From Eledone cirrhosa (Eukaryota), in the NCBI GenBank assembly GCA_964016885.1, contig OZ024742.1, forward strand, positions 240,498,001 through 240,562,000: 64,000 nucleotides of DNA. Reading direction: 5' to 3'. The stretch's first letter is position 1, and every line of letters starts with the position of its first letter. Position numbers and translations under genes: made by a program. The notes beneath the pieces were generated by a model that had not been told where the DNA came from, did not search any database, and saw only the letters and a list, made by a program, of their open reading frames with translations. Shown here piece after piece: positions 39,741 through 53,151 of this stretch.

Positions 39741-40207
39741 TCTCTAACTTAAAAACTTCCATCATAATTTTATGGAAGAACTTTTTTTACTATGTTCTAA
39801 ATATCAACTAAATGGAAAGGCAGTTTTATTAAAATCCTCCAGGTTTTTAAAAAATATTTGCAACATTAACTGAAACACTTCATGAGAAATATGGTCACGA
39901 AATAGTATGCATTGAGTTCCCAAATTTTTTTAACTCATGGCACACTTTAGAACAAGTAAAAATATTTTTGTAGCATAAAGTAGAAATATAGATAATTAAA
40001 AATACAGAAAAATTATTTGTACTTCCTTCTTTAGTCAGGAAATGGATGGGAATGAGAAACATGTGTTTAGTGGTTTTGTATTGTTTTAGGCAGTGCTATC
40101 ATTCTTAGTTTAGTTGTTTCCCTACTTGCATGGGTTAGATGGCTGTCACCTGCTGACGCCAGACTGGCCAAGTGACAAGATCCTGCTTGTATGCTTAGTT
40201 TTGGTTT

Positions 40208-40625
40208 GGTTTCTACAGCTGGATGGCCATTCCTAATGTCAACCACTTCACAGTGTATACTGGGAGTATGGTTTCTACAGCTGGATGCCCTTCATAACAC
40301 CAACCACTTTACAGTGTGTTCTGGGAGTATGGTTTCTACAGCTGGATACCCTTCATAACACCAACCACTTTACAGTGTGTTCTGGGAGTATGGTTTCTAC
40401 AGCTGGATACCCTTCATAACACCAACCACTTTACAGTGTGTTCTGGGAGTATGGTTTCTACAGCTGGATACCCTTCATAACACCAACCACTTTATAGTGT
40501 GTTCTGGGAGCATGGTTTCTATGGCTGGATGCTTTTCGTAACACCAACCCCTTTACAGTGAGTACTAGGAACATGGTTTCTATGGTTGGATGCCCTTCCT
40601 AACACTAACCACTTTACAGCATAAA
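40208..40625. repeat. 61-bp minisatellite, 7 units, derived from an RTE/SINE 3' UTR
   Basis: ggtttctacagctggat(g/a)cccttcataacaccaaccactttacagtgtgttctgggagtat starting at 40208, 40270, 40331, 40392, 40453, 40514 and 40575. Confidence 0.92.
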
Positions 40626-41084
40626 CTGAGTATATTTTATAGTTATTCTGGCACTATCACCTTACAGGGTGAGCTAGGTGCTTTTCCTAGTGTTACCAGC
40701 ACTACCACCCCACAGGGTAATCTGAGTGCTTTTGTTGTGGCACCAGCACTACCCCATTACTGCCTTGGGGTGCTCAGAGTATTTGATCTTACTGGGAAGG
40801 CATTGGTAGTGGTTGGAGCTGGGGTACAGACATGGCACTGCTAGAGGTAGGGGGTTCATAGTGGTGGACTTGAAGCAAGTGGATGACATGTGACATATTT
40901 TGGGGTGTGCTAGGCTTTCTTCTAGATGCAAGGGTTTATCAATGAAGGTTCATCCTAGCTTTTCATGCTAGCATGGGTTTGGCAAAGAAATCAGGAGTAT
41001 ACTAGCAGGTGAGGACTTCAGAGGTGTTCCATCTCTTTGCTTCTTTGGGTTAGAGTGGAAGAAGGGATCAGAGGCATACTGGCA

Positions 41085-41360
41085 ATGAATTCAGGAGTAT
41101 TCTGACAGGGAACTCAGGAGTATACTTGAAGGGAACTCAGTATACTGACAGGAAATTAAGGAGTATACTGGCAGGGAATTAAGGAGTATACTGACAAGGA
41201 ATTAAGGAGTATACTGACAAGGAATTAAGGAGTATACTAGCAGTGAATTAAGGAGTATACTGGCAGGGAATTGAGGAGTATTCTGACAGGGAATGCAGGA
41301 GTATACTGGCAGGGAATTCAGGAGTATGCTAGCAGGGAATTCAGGAGTATACTGACAGGC
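41085..41360. repeat. 23-bp minisatellite, ~12 units
   Basis: ggaatt(a/c)aggagtatactg(a/g)cag repeated in tandem. Confidence 0.9.
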
Positions 41361-41667
41361 AGTAGGTGGGACCACCTCTCTGTTTCATGAGGTGAAGGGG
41401 AAGGAGGTAGGTGGTTAGCCATCTCTCATGGCAAAACTGAGTACATATTACAGCACAACTAATTAATTGCCTCACCTGGAACACATAATTACATAATCTG
41501 GTACACAATTTGGTAGCCGCTGCCCTAGAGCAATACTACATAACTAACAAAAACAAAAAACTTGGTTAAAAAGTAACGTTATCATTTATCAGTATTGTAG
41601 GGTGTCATAGAGATGGTAATAGATGTACAACTACACAAGACTTTGATACCTAATAGTGTTATGTTGA

Positions 41668-42316
41668 TGCCATGAGAAAATATACCCTGTACACTCTGTA
41701 AGGTAGTAGGGCTGGTGCCATGATGAAATATACCCAGTATACTCTGTAAAGTGGTAGTACTGTGCTATGATAAAATATACCCAGTACATTCTGTAAAGTG
41801 GTAGGGCTGTGCTATGATAAAATATACCCAGTACACTCTGTAAAGTGGTAGTACTGTGCTATGATAAAATATACCCAGTACACTCTGTAAAGTGGTAGGG
41901 CTGTGCTATGATAAAATATACCCAGTACACTCTGTAAAGTGGTAGGGCTGTGCTATGATAAATATACCCAGTACATTCTTTAAAGTGGTAGTACTGTACT
42001 ATAATAAAATATACCCAGTACATTCTGTAAAGTGGTAGGGTTGGTGCCATGATAAAATATACCCAGTACACTCTGTAAAGTGGTAGGGCTGTGCTATGAT
42101 AAATATACCCAGTACATTCTGTAAAGTGGTAGTACTGTACTATAATAAAATATACCCAGTACATTCTGTAAAGTGGTAGTACTGTACTATAATAAAATAT
42201 ACCCAGTACACTTTGTAAAGTGGTAGGGTTGGTGCCATGATAAAATATACCCAGTACACTCTGTAAGGTAGTAGGCCTAGTGCCATGATAAAATACACCC
42301 AGTACACTCTGTAAAC
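41668..42316. repeat. 46-47-bp minisatellite, ~14 units
   Basis: gtgctatgataaaatatacccagtacactctgtaaagtggtag(ggct/tact) repeated in tandem. Confidence 0.92.
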
Positions 42317-43320
42317 TTTTGGAAGGGAAACTATGCCAAATATGAAATGCATGAGCAAGATGAGGTTGCTCCAGCCCTTCTAGTCTCAGATGTTGACAGC
42401 CTGTCTGACCTATGCCAGCATGAAATGTAGATATAAAATGATGATGAACATTATTACAAAATAATAAAGTAAAACTTTGCCAAACAAAGTGTTGGGAGGA
42501 CCCTTTAGTTGTGTCAAGGACATGACAATCTCCCTAGTTCTGGTGATTTATACAATAAAAGCACCTAGTACATGCTGTAAAGTGGTTGGTGTTAGGAAGG
42601 GCATCCAGCCATAGAAAGTTTGCCCAAAAAGGGTTGGGGGAGACCCTTCAGTTTGTGTCAAAAGAAATGACATTTCCTCTGCACTTGATAGAATGTATGA
42701 CTATATGTAAGCAGGATGCAGACCCCTCAGCCTGTCTAGGAGGTCAGTAACCCCACTTCAATACTGACTAAGTCTATGTAGACCCATCAAACCCTTTCCT
42801 AACAGGGAAAGCAAATGTTACATGATGATGATGATGATGTGTGTGTTTAATGACTGAAATGTCTTCAGGCAGAATTGGCAGTCATTTGGATGTCAGATTA
42901 AATACCTCTATATATCTTTTAGTTTACTGCTCTGAGTTCACACCTCACCGTGAACTATTTTGCCTTTCATCCTTTCAAAGTCAATAAAAAGTCTAGAAGC
43001 AGTGGATTGGCAGAATCACCCAAAGAATCAGACAGGATCTTTTATTTTATTTGATCTAGTTTTCTGCCTTCTCAGTTCAAATCCTGCCATGTCCTGCCAG
43101 GAGTTGTGGAAGGACCAATGGAAACAAAAGATAAATAAAATGGTACTACAAGTCCTTATTTTGGTTAGATTGTCACATTAGTATGTATATTGTTTTGGAA
43201 TCACATTAAATAAAACTCTTGTCAAAACAAAATAGTATTCCAGCAGCTCTATTGCTTCCCTTTTTTTTACTCATACCTTTTTTGTTTTCACTGTCTAATT
43301 GACAATTTGGTTGCTTCTAG

Positions 43321-43383
43321 CTATGCCTTCCAGATGATGTTGGAAGTCGAGCTGACTCATTATCTGAACCAGATAGTGATGAG
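43321..43383 (+). CDS. Same gene, probable 63-nt linker exon
   Basis: Pyrimidine tract ending ttctag, open frame LCLPDDVGSRADSLSEPDSDE, weak donor GTGCTT. Phase 0-0, so it could be skipped. Confidence 0.55.
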
Positions 43384-43658
43384 GTGCTTGTATACAATTA
43401 ATATTTGATTCTAAGTTCATGTTCTCAAGTTTAATTTAATTATTTAATCAACTTAATTCATATTTTTGTTTTCTTTATTTAAATTTATTTCCTATTTTCA
43501 GTTGTTATTATTTTTGTTTTTTGGTCTCTTTGACTACAAAGTTTCACGTTTGTTCTCTTTTTTTAATTTTAAATACATTTTCATGATTGATGTTTTCATA
43601 CAGCACATGTGAACATACACACACACATATGATATATATATATTTTTTTTTCTAAATT

Positions 43659-43689
<31 letters not shown>

Positions 43690-44283
43690 TGTTATATATA
43701 TATATTATACTTTGGGAGGGTAATGTTGCCAATAAAAACACACGCACCTGTTGGTTTTCACTTCAATTTATTACAAATTTCTGGTTGGTTGGTTTAATAA
43801 CCGGATAGTTGTTTATTTATTGTCAAAGCTCTTTCCTCACACATTATGTGACTTTCTCAGTGACTAATTTGTTATTTTGTGTCTCTCCTTTGTTCTTTCC
43901 TACACCATCTTGTTTTTGTGTGTTGTGTGCTGTGTATTTGGGTTGCGCATGCGTTACATCTGGGTGTGTGTATGTGTTTTTATTTATTTATTTATACGTT
44001 TATTTACTTGCCACTAGTTGGTTGCTTGTTCTATCTGTGTGTGTCTGGTTTGTTTTATTAGGTTGGTGCTAGGGTATTTCTGTATGTCTTTATCTTGTCC
44101 TTAATTAATTGGGTTCATGTGTGTCTCTGTATGTCTTTATCATTTCCTTAATTACTAGTTGTGATGTTGCTATTCCACTCGTTTTCTTTTGAATTTTGGC
44201 TGGAGTTCATCGTTTATGTTTGTCGCTTTTGTAATCTGTTGGAGCATTGCGTCTTTCCTGTGTGTGGATATACAAAAATGAAG

Positions 44284-44316
<33 letters not shown>

Positions 44317-44613
44317 AAGAGGGTGTGGTAAGATACCAGGTGGACCATAATGCACCAGAGTACTCAAGCAGTAGAGTGAGTAATAGGAAAAGAGTCAGGA
44401 CCCCGACAGCTGAGCTCCGGCCGTCTGGACAGCTAGATCTGAACTAAGCCACCAGCTGAGCTCTGGCCATTTGGACAGCTAGATCCGAACTAAGCCACCA
44501 ATACTGGTGGCTTAGTTCGGATTTAGCTGTCGAAACGGCCGGAGCTCAGCCGTCGGGGTCTTGACTCTTTTCCTATATATATATATATATATAAAAACAA
44601 ACTTTTTAACTTA

Positions 44614-44671
<58 letters not shown>

Positions 44672-44802
44672 GATAAATCTACCAAGAGTTTACGGTAGTG
44701 TCCAATCCGTATGAAGAACTCAATGTATTCCGGATATCATGGAAAGAAGAGATGTAATGAAAAATCACTTTCGGTGAAAGATAAACGGTATACAGAGTCA
44801 AG

Positions 44803-45207
44803 ATAAAATATTAAACAAATAATGAATAAACAATTCCTTATATTAAACAAAAAAAGTTCATTATTTAACGATCGTTTCTAGGATATATATGTGTTAGAGT
44901 TGGCATGCATATTCAACAGATCTATGTACAAAATTATACAAAATTATACAAACTATCAAGATTAAATATACATACCAACACATATATACGCCGTCTTCAG
45001 AAATAATTTCTGAAGACGGCGTATATATGTGTTGGTATGTATATTTAATCTTGATAGTTTGTATAATTTTGTATAATTTTGTACATAGATCTGTTGAATA
45101 TGCATGCCAACTCTAACACATATATATCCTAGAAACGATCGTTAAATAATGAACTTTTTTTGTTTAATATAAGGAATTGTTTATTCATTATTTGTTTAAT
45201 ATTTTAT
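44803..45207. repeat. Perfect palindrome (202-bp arms, 1-nt spacer) of a hammerhead-containing PLE-like terminus
   Basis: Centre cttcagaaat-a-atttctgaag at 45005. The arms are reverse-complementary with no mismatch seen. Confidence 0.92.
44860..45007 (-). ncRNA. PLE-type hammerhead with long stem II
   Basis: AUUAUUU-CUGAAGA-[~115-nt stem II, tatatatgtgttgg/ctaacacatatata]-GAAAC-GAUC-GUU^AAAUAAU. Palindromic stem III. Mirror copy on the + strand at 45006-45150. Confidence 0.7.
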
Positions 45208-45315
45208 ATATATATATATATATATTAATTAACTGTTGTGGAACTACTTCTACCAAACTTGTCCTATGGACTGAGTGCTGTACTACAGCAGATGTAACAA
45301 GCCAGTGTTCTACCA

Positions 45316-45347
<32 letters not shown>

Positions 45348-45773
45348 AGGTAAATATCTCTCTGAGTACTAAGTACCCATAGAGATATATAGGGGTCTAT
45401 AATATAATTGTTGTTCTATGGTACTAATTTGAGATACCAGAACCATAAAAATTGAGATGAGCAGAACAAACAAACAAACATTAAACAATCCTTTAAATAA
45501 ATTAAAAAATGATTTAAATATCTACCTGAGAAATTCTCTGAATTTCTAATCCTTTGTAAAGCGAAACCGCTGGTAATAGCATTATGAACAGGTAGATATT
45601 TAAATCATTTTTTAATTTATTTAAAGGATTGTTTAATGTTTGTTTGTTCTGCTCATCCCAATTTATATATATATATATATATATATAATGAAAAATTGAA
45701 CGGGAACAAAACAGAGAGGCAGTACAACAAATGTTTATTAATTTCACGCTCTTGAGAGTGGGGTGGTGGTGGG

Positions 45774-45808
45774 GAACGACGTTTCGGGCATAAGCCCTTC
45801 TTCAGGTG
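45774..45808 (-). ncRNA. Minimal PLE-type hammerhead motif
   Basis: CUGAAGA-A-GGGC-UUAU-GCCC-GAAACGUC. Stem I pairs poorly. Confidence 0.6.
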
Positions 45809-47939
45809 AAAAGTGTGTGGGAAGAGAGTTCAAAGGGTGTGTAGGGGAGTGGTGGAGAGACATATAGCAAAAAGGGGGTGAGAGGAAACGGTGCAAATGA
45901 AATTAAAAATAAAGGCATGAATAATGATATTAATGAGAGTAAATATACTCATTTACTAGGTGTGTTTTTAGCTCAAAGCAATGAGGGTCCTCCAGAGCTG
46001 TTCTATATTTATAGTTTGTTTACAAACCAAAGAATTTAAGGCATTTATTAACTGACAATTGTTTCTACTTGGGTTACGCTACCTATAGCAAATTATTTTA
46101 TTTAACAATTCACTATTAGTAATTTTAAAATAAACTCTTTGAAATAAACTCTTTAAAATAAATTCTTTGGTTTATAAACAATCTATTAATATGTATATGT
46201 GTGTGTGCATCCATGTTTATGTTTACGTTTATATCCTGTAACTTATCAGTTTGACAAAAAAAAAGTTGATAAAATATGTACCAGACTTGAAAAAATATAT
46301 CCTGTGACTGATACATGATCAACTAAATCAAGGTGCTTTGCTGCAGGATAGTCTGAGGCTAATGGCTAAAACCAGTAGAAGAATATGTGTGTTTGTATTA
46401 TTTTCAAGGGCGGTGGATTGGCAGTATCGGTAGAGCATCAAACACCATGCTTTGCAGTATAGAATTATGGCCCTTTATGTTCTGAGTTCAAATCCCGCTG
46501 ATGTTAACTTTGCCTTTCATCCTTACGGGGTCGATAAAATAAAGCACCAGTAATGCACTTGGGTAATTGCTGGCCTTGTGTCCAAAGTAGAAACAATTAT
46601 TTTCATATATATTTCATATATTTATACAATTATTTAATATTTATATCATGTTCCATAATTATATTAGTTTTTGTACCATTTCTATTTTTAACTTCTAGTA
46701 AAATTATAACATCCTAATTTTATGTGGTATGTTTTTGATGTTTTTGGTATATTTTTTTGTTTCATTGTTCTTATAGTTAGGTATAAATTTTCTAAATAAT
46801 TAATTTCTTACATATGTTGTAATAATTCTATTATTAATATGTTTATATCTTGAAAATATCATTTACTAATCTGTGTTTCATACACCTTTCATACCCTGGT
46901 GTAAATCTTGGTAGTCACCACAGAAATAGTGAAATATAGAAATGCATTGTTTGAAATAAGGAAAAAACGTTGAGAATATTTAACTGTAGAAATATCAGGT
47001 TGTTTCTTGTGTCAGCACTCTTCCAAGAAGATTCGAGTTGGCACCAATCAATGAATCTATAGTATCACAAACAGAGGCTACCCATGCACTGTGATCAAGA
47101 GCATCTGATGCTGATATTGTTAAAGTCTAAAGTCTGTCTTGAGCCTGAAGGCTCAGCCAAGCTGGTGCTTATCCCAGTTTCTGTAGCGTTGAGCAACTGT
47201 GAGTACCAGATTCCCCCTGGACAGGATACGAGTTCATTGCAGGGTTAAACCTACTAAACCAGCTATTGCTGGTACTCATTTTCAGCTGAGTATACTGGAG
47301 CAATGTGAAATTAAGTGTTTTGCTCAAGAGCACAACACACAACCTAGTCCAGGAATTGAACCCATGACATGATCATAAGTCCAACACCCTTACCAACAGT
47401 GGCTGCTGTATATGCCGGCTCTAACCAGTGCACCCAAAAGCACCAAAAACTGGCAATATAGAGCAATGACAGGCTTCCAATGCAGATATTGTCTCTCTCA
47501 TTCATGATATCAACGATAGACACCATATATGCGAGGATCAGATATTAGCTCACGATCTGACTTGACCATGTAAATTTACATTTTCAGCTATCAACCTTGC
47601 TGTTTATGCTATCCCATGAATGGCTGTGTTGCAGCTGCATTGCAGATGAGTTCATCTTATGGGTAGCGGAGTGTGTTATCAAACCTACTTCATGATAATA
47701 TTTAGAATGATTCCTTCAGAATTGTGGAGTTCAGGTGTTGATGAAACAAAAATAGAATTAAAATAATCCATTTTTGAGACAATAAGCCATAAACTATAAA
47801 ATTTCAATATCAACAACTCTTATAAAATTCAAAAGAAATAGTTAATTATTCTTATGGTTGGGTTTATAAATGAATTAGGAGTAGTATGTATCCTGGTCAT
47901 TTAAACATGTCTAATTATATATACCTAATTTTTTAGCAT

Positions 47940-48290
47940 ACTTGGCTTGAGTGATCACAACACTGATTGAGTACAGACTTGGCCTGAGAGATCAATGACA
48001 CTGATTGAGTACAGACTTGGCCTGAGTGGTCAGTTGCACTGATTGAGTACAGACTTGGCTTGAATGGTTAATAACACTGATTGAGTACAGACTTGGCCTG
48101 AGTGGTCAGTAGCACTGATTGAGTACAGACTTGGCTTGAGTGGTCAGTTGCACTGATTGAGTACAGACTTGGCTTGAATGGTTAATAACACTGATTGAGT
48201 ACAGACTTGGTCTGAGTGGTCAGTAGCACTGATTGAGTACAGACTTGGCCTGGGTGGTCAGTTGCACTAATTGAATACTGACATGGCCTG
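47940..48290. repeat. 38-bp minisatellite, ~9 units
   Basis: cactgattgagtacagacttggcctgagtggtcagttg starting at 47961, 47999, 48037, 48075 and onward. Confidence 0.92.
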
Positions 48291-48613
48291 TGATGAACAG
48301 CTGAATCCTGGCTAGCAGGACATTAAATGATGATGATCTAATAATATATTACATACATTTTCAAATAACTAATCTAAAATTTTGAAATGTTTAAAACTTT
48401 AATTTCCAAGTTGTATGAAAACCAAGGAGTTTCAATAATAGCCCCACTGTCTCCAAGGGACTCAGTAGATCATATTAACTTCTCTACTTACTTCTTTCCC
48501 CTTTTTGAAAGGAGTTTTAATCATAGCCACACTGTCTCCTAGGGACTCAGTAGATCATATCAACTCCACTACTTCTTTCCTTGCAAATATTCATACATGC
48601 ATACATACATACA

Positions 48614-48660
<47 letters not shown>

Positions 48661-50762
48661 TGTGTGTGTGTGTGTGTGTATGAGCTCTTACATAGTATTT
48701 GGCATAGGTGCAGGTGGCAACATTTGTTCGTCTTGCGTAAACAATATGTCCCATAGCTTAACGGTCCACCATGCAAAAATCAGTACCTTACCTAAAATGA
48801 GTAAGGGTTGGCATCAAGAAAGGCATCCAGCCTTATAATATTACCTCAAAGAAGTCTTGTCCAAGTCATGCCAACAATGAAAAAGCATGTGTAAAAACAA
48901 TGATGGTGGTGGTTCCTCACCATTGGAGTGTGTGAAATAAATAGTTTGCAACTAGTTAGCTGGACATTAAGGAAAAAACTGATAACATTTTACTTTAACT
49001 CTTTAACTTCCTGTACTGCATCAAACCACATTAGCAAGGAATTCTTGAAAAATATAAAACTGCATTTTGGCTGTCTTACATTAAAAGTTAAAGCCTTTAA
49101 TCTAATATTGCTATTTTTCAGAATGATCTGTCCATTACTAAAAGCACTATAAATATTTGAATTAACAAACCCATTTTTAGATATTTTCTGCTAAATCATT
49201 ACTTGATGTTAAGAGTATAAAACAGCACTATGACTGCATTACATTACTATATATATACTATTGTATTTTTGCAGTAAAGGCTTTATCTCACATAATATCG
49301 AATCTATGAGATTTTGATATTTATTTTGAGAATAATACCTTAACATCAGTATGAGTGGCCAAAAAGAGGTAAGAGAATTTTGGCCGGATATGGACGATTT
49401 AAATGCTAAAGGGCTAAAGTCTTTACTCTAATATGGAACATTTTTACAATCTGTCCACTTGTAAAAAACACAATAAACATTTATATTAACAAACACATTT
49501 TTAGATATTTTTTACTTAATCATTTTGGGATTAAACTAATATCGTTGACTATACAGGTGGGGTCATTTTCAAAATTACAAGTTGTTACTTAAAATTTTGA
49601 GTGTTAAATTGCAGGTGAAAAGCACATGAACATATACAATGCTGATTTAGTAAAATATATACTATTCATAGTATGAATAATTGCTTTACTCACTGCACCC
49701 AGTTTTTCTGCTATCCTGTATTACCTCTGTCATCAGATATTTTTATGACGTAACATATATCTTAAAAATTCATGAATATGTGTAATAGTAAAAAAATCCT
49801 AACTTACTAGCTTTCTGAGAATTTTATAAACATTTTTGAGATTTTAAGATTTTTAGGACAATAGGAACTAGTGATTACAGTGTTCATGCTTTTCCCAATG
49901 GTATGGGTGACATAAATGAAACAAAATAGCTACATTTTATCCTGCTTGTTAATCGTTACTACACCCTGAGAGAGGGGGGTGGGTGGATTATTTGTACATC
50001 CATTCTTCCATGTGTGCTCGAATTGGACAAAGGCTTGAGTTTATTCCAGTTCTGTGGGGGTGTTGATAGAGTATAAGATTCCTCCCTGAACTGAATACTA
50101 GTTAGTCTCTTGCAGGGATAACCTATCAGCTTCTGTTAGTACCCATTGTCAGCTGAGTGAACTAGAGCAATAATAAATGAAGTATTTTCCTTAAGGATAC
50201 AACACAGCATTCAGTCAGATAATTGAACCTACAACCTTAGCATCATAAGAATTTATACAAAAGTGATTCACTATATGGTTGCTTGATTTGCTAAAATTCA
50301 CTGTAATGTCATAGAAAGCGAATGACACAATATAGATTTAGTTTTAGACTATGTCATCATCATTTGACGTTTGCCTTCCCTGCTAGCAAGTCAGTACTCA
50401 AGCAAAGTTAACGACCTCTCAGATGCCTGGTAAAGACACTATAAACATTAACAGACCACATAAAAACACATTAGCAAGACATTCTTGAAAAAGTACAAAG
50501 CAGCACTATGACTGCATCACATTAAAAATTCATGTTGTTATTTTTTAATGCAGATTTTAACAACAACTTTTTGACTATTAAGATACTATAAAGATTTGGA
50601 TCAACAAAGCTGTTTTTAGATATTTTCTGCTAAATCATTACAGCATGTTAAGAGTTAATGATGGCTATTTCTTACAGGGATTCCTATTGTATGAATTTAA
50701 GTTGGTTATAAAATGTTGTCTGTATAGAGATAATCAGTATTTTCCTTTCTATTCTTGTCTAG

Positions 50763-50815
50763 AACTCATATGGAGGTTTAGAATTATACCAGCCGTTATC
50801 AGTTCCAACTAATAG
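50763..50815 (+). CDS. Same gene, short linker exon
   Basis: tttcctttctattcttgtctag acceptor and strong GTAAG donor. Encodes NSYGGLELYQPLSVPTN(R). Phase 0 to 2 is what the next exon requires. Confidence 0.75.
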
Positions 50816-52521
50816 GTAAGAAAGAAAATTCATATAATAATGATGATTTCTAATTTAGGCTCAAGGCCAGCAATTTTGGGGTGACATTTTGGGTATCATT
50901 GGGGTGAACCAAGCATTATGAGAGAAATTGGTGGACTGTATTGTACTTCAAAGGACCAGCCAAATTACATACTGTGTCATGCTGAATCTCCCTGAGATTT
51001 ATGTTAAAGGTACATGTGCCCATGGGAAACTCAATCACGCTTTCAATTCATTAGTAGGCTGTTCTATTGATTGAACAACTGGAACACTCATTGTTGAAAC
51101 AAATGGAGGTCTATTCCAAATTTTATGCTATATATAAAAAAAAACAATTCTCTTTATTATCTTCTTGAAGAAAATAAGAGAACACATTTCAAACTACACT
51201 AATCCAGGGTCAATAAAATAAAGTACCAGTTAAGTACTGGGGTCAATTTAATTGTCTTGCCCCTCCTCCCAAAATTTCTAGCATTGTGCCCAAATGTGAA
51301 ATCTTATTATTATTGTTATTATTGAAGTCTGTGGATTAGAAGAATCGTTAGAGCATTGGATAAAATGTTTTGCATATTTGTTCTGACTCTTTACATTCTG
51401 GTTTCAAATCCTACTGAGGTCAACTTTGCCTTTCTTCCTTCTGGAGCCAATGAAATAAAATACCAGTCAAGTACTAGGGTTGATATAATGTTCTCCCCTA
51501 GAATTTCAGGCCTTGTGCCTAAATTAGAAACCACTGTTATTGTCAATGTAGTTGTTGTTATTTTAAATTATTGTTAATCGGAATTATTTACATATATGTG
51601 AAAGCAGTTGAGTGGCAGAAATGATTGTGCCAGATTGTGTTTAGTTATGTTCCTTTGTAGTCTAAGTACCAGTAATATATCATTAACTATATCCTTTCTC
51701 TTCCCAAATTGTTTACTAAAAAGGAAATTATTATGACTTATATTACTGACTCAATTATAAAATAATTAGCAGTGAAAAAATGGTTTGCTAATGGAACACA
51801 CAACACAATTGTTGCATGAAAGGTTTAATTTGTGGTCATATTTATCAGTAATTCAATAGAACTGCAACACTTTCTACCCCCAAAATCATTTTCAAAATTC
51901 ACAGTTACACTTACTTCGTAATTGTTGTAAGAGTTAAATGTATTATCCAAGAATACATCATTATACCAGTAAAGGCATATATAACTACCTCACATCACGT
52001 TTCATTAAAAATATTTTTTTCATTCAAGGGCAAGGTGATGGTGTTAAACTGGTGATGGAATAGCTCTTTTGTGTCTGTATTTCAAATGAAATATATTCTA
52101 TTTCAATTAATTAATGAAGAATTTTGAAGGATTTATGAATTTTTTTCATTATCATCTTATTTCTAAGATAACGACCTAATATATGCTTCTTACATAAAAT
52201 TATATAGGAATATTTTGATTTAAATAGAAACACTTTGAAATAATAAATGTGATATTGGCTGGGTTGGTATCAAAAGAATTGTTAAGTCTATCACCCTAGA
52301 ATAAGAATGATCTCTCCATTCATTCACTCGATTTCTATCTACCAAATTTAATTCCCAAGATTTGGGTCAAACTGAGCTTATGGTAAAGGACACATGCTCA
52401 ACATGCCATGCAAGGTTGCAAGTAGTGGTGAAGCAAACTTCTTAACCACACAGCCATGCCTGCAGAATTAGTAATTTTCATTTTTAAAAAGAAAATGACT
52501 TCGATTTGCAGGGAATCATTA

Positions 52522-52766
52522 TTAACCCTTTTGTTACCCTATTTCTATTGAAAAACACTGTCTGAAATTTGCAAATAATGTTGAAAATAATCAAGAATTT
52601 GGAGGGATTTAGTAATATAACTAACTTTTATTTGGAACCTAACTTAACATTTCTTAATTAAAATTATGATGGAAGTTTTTTAGATAAATATAAACACTTT
52701 AAAACAAGCAGCTTAATGACATAGAACCAGGGATGATTTCAGGCAGTTTAGTATCAAAAGGGTTAA
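52522..52766. mobile_element. piggyBac-like MITE (TTAA-CCCT ends)
   Basis: ttaacccttttgttac ... gtatcaaaagggttaa. Degenerate relatives near 12185-12445, 24030-24470, 32387, 39320-39900 and 63190. Confidence 0.7.
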
Positions 52767-52880
52767 TATTTTATTTATTTTATATGTGTGTGTGTAACTT
52801 AGATAATAACTTAGATAGGTTTTGGCCAGTATAAGCCCAGGCCATGTCTAACTTAATAGCATCACCTGATAAAACATGTG

Positions 52881-52950
52881 TTCCCATGCCAAGAATCAAA
52901 CGTGCGCCACTTGGGTGAAAGCCAAGAATCCTAACCACTAGACGTGTGAA
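52881..52950 (-). pseudogene. tRNA-Glu(TTC)-derived pseudogene or SINE head
   Basis: gtctagtggttaggattcttggctttcacccaagtggcgcacgtttgattcttggcatgggaa. Anticodon loop CTTTCAC, degenerate T-arm, truncated 5' acceptor stem. Confidence 0.75.
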
Positions 52951-53151
52951 TATATATATATATGAGAGGGATGAACACTGATACAAGTATACATATGTTC
53001 GTATTGCAAATGACCAAGTTAGCTAGGTTGAAAAATACTAGGGGGGTCCCGAGGCCAGCACTATATAGCGCTGGCCTCGGGACGCCCCTGGTGGTCCTTT
53101 AACCTTGTTCTGGTGATGCAGCTTGAGCGAGCATGCAACTATTGATATACT

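Noticed and set aside
43700-44280. TA-flanked block with TTGACAA...GAAA on the minus strand as another hammerhead
   Set aside because: Stems I and II do not pair convincingly. It is probably a mobile-element fragment but is unassigned.
40208-48290. Regular 23-76-bp arrays resembling CRISPR arrays
   Set aside because: The units are contiguous with no unique spacers, no cas genes are present, and the context is eukaryotic.
52881-52950. Functional tRNA-Glu gene
   Set aside because: The acceptor stem is truncated and the T-arm is mutated, so it is called a pseudogene or SINE head.
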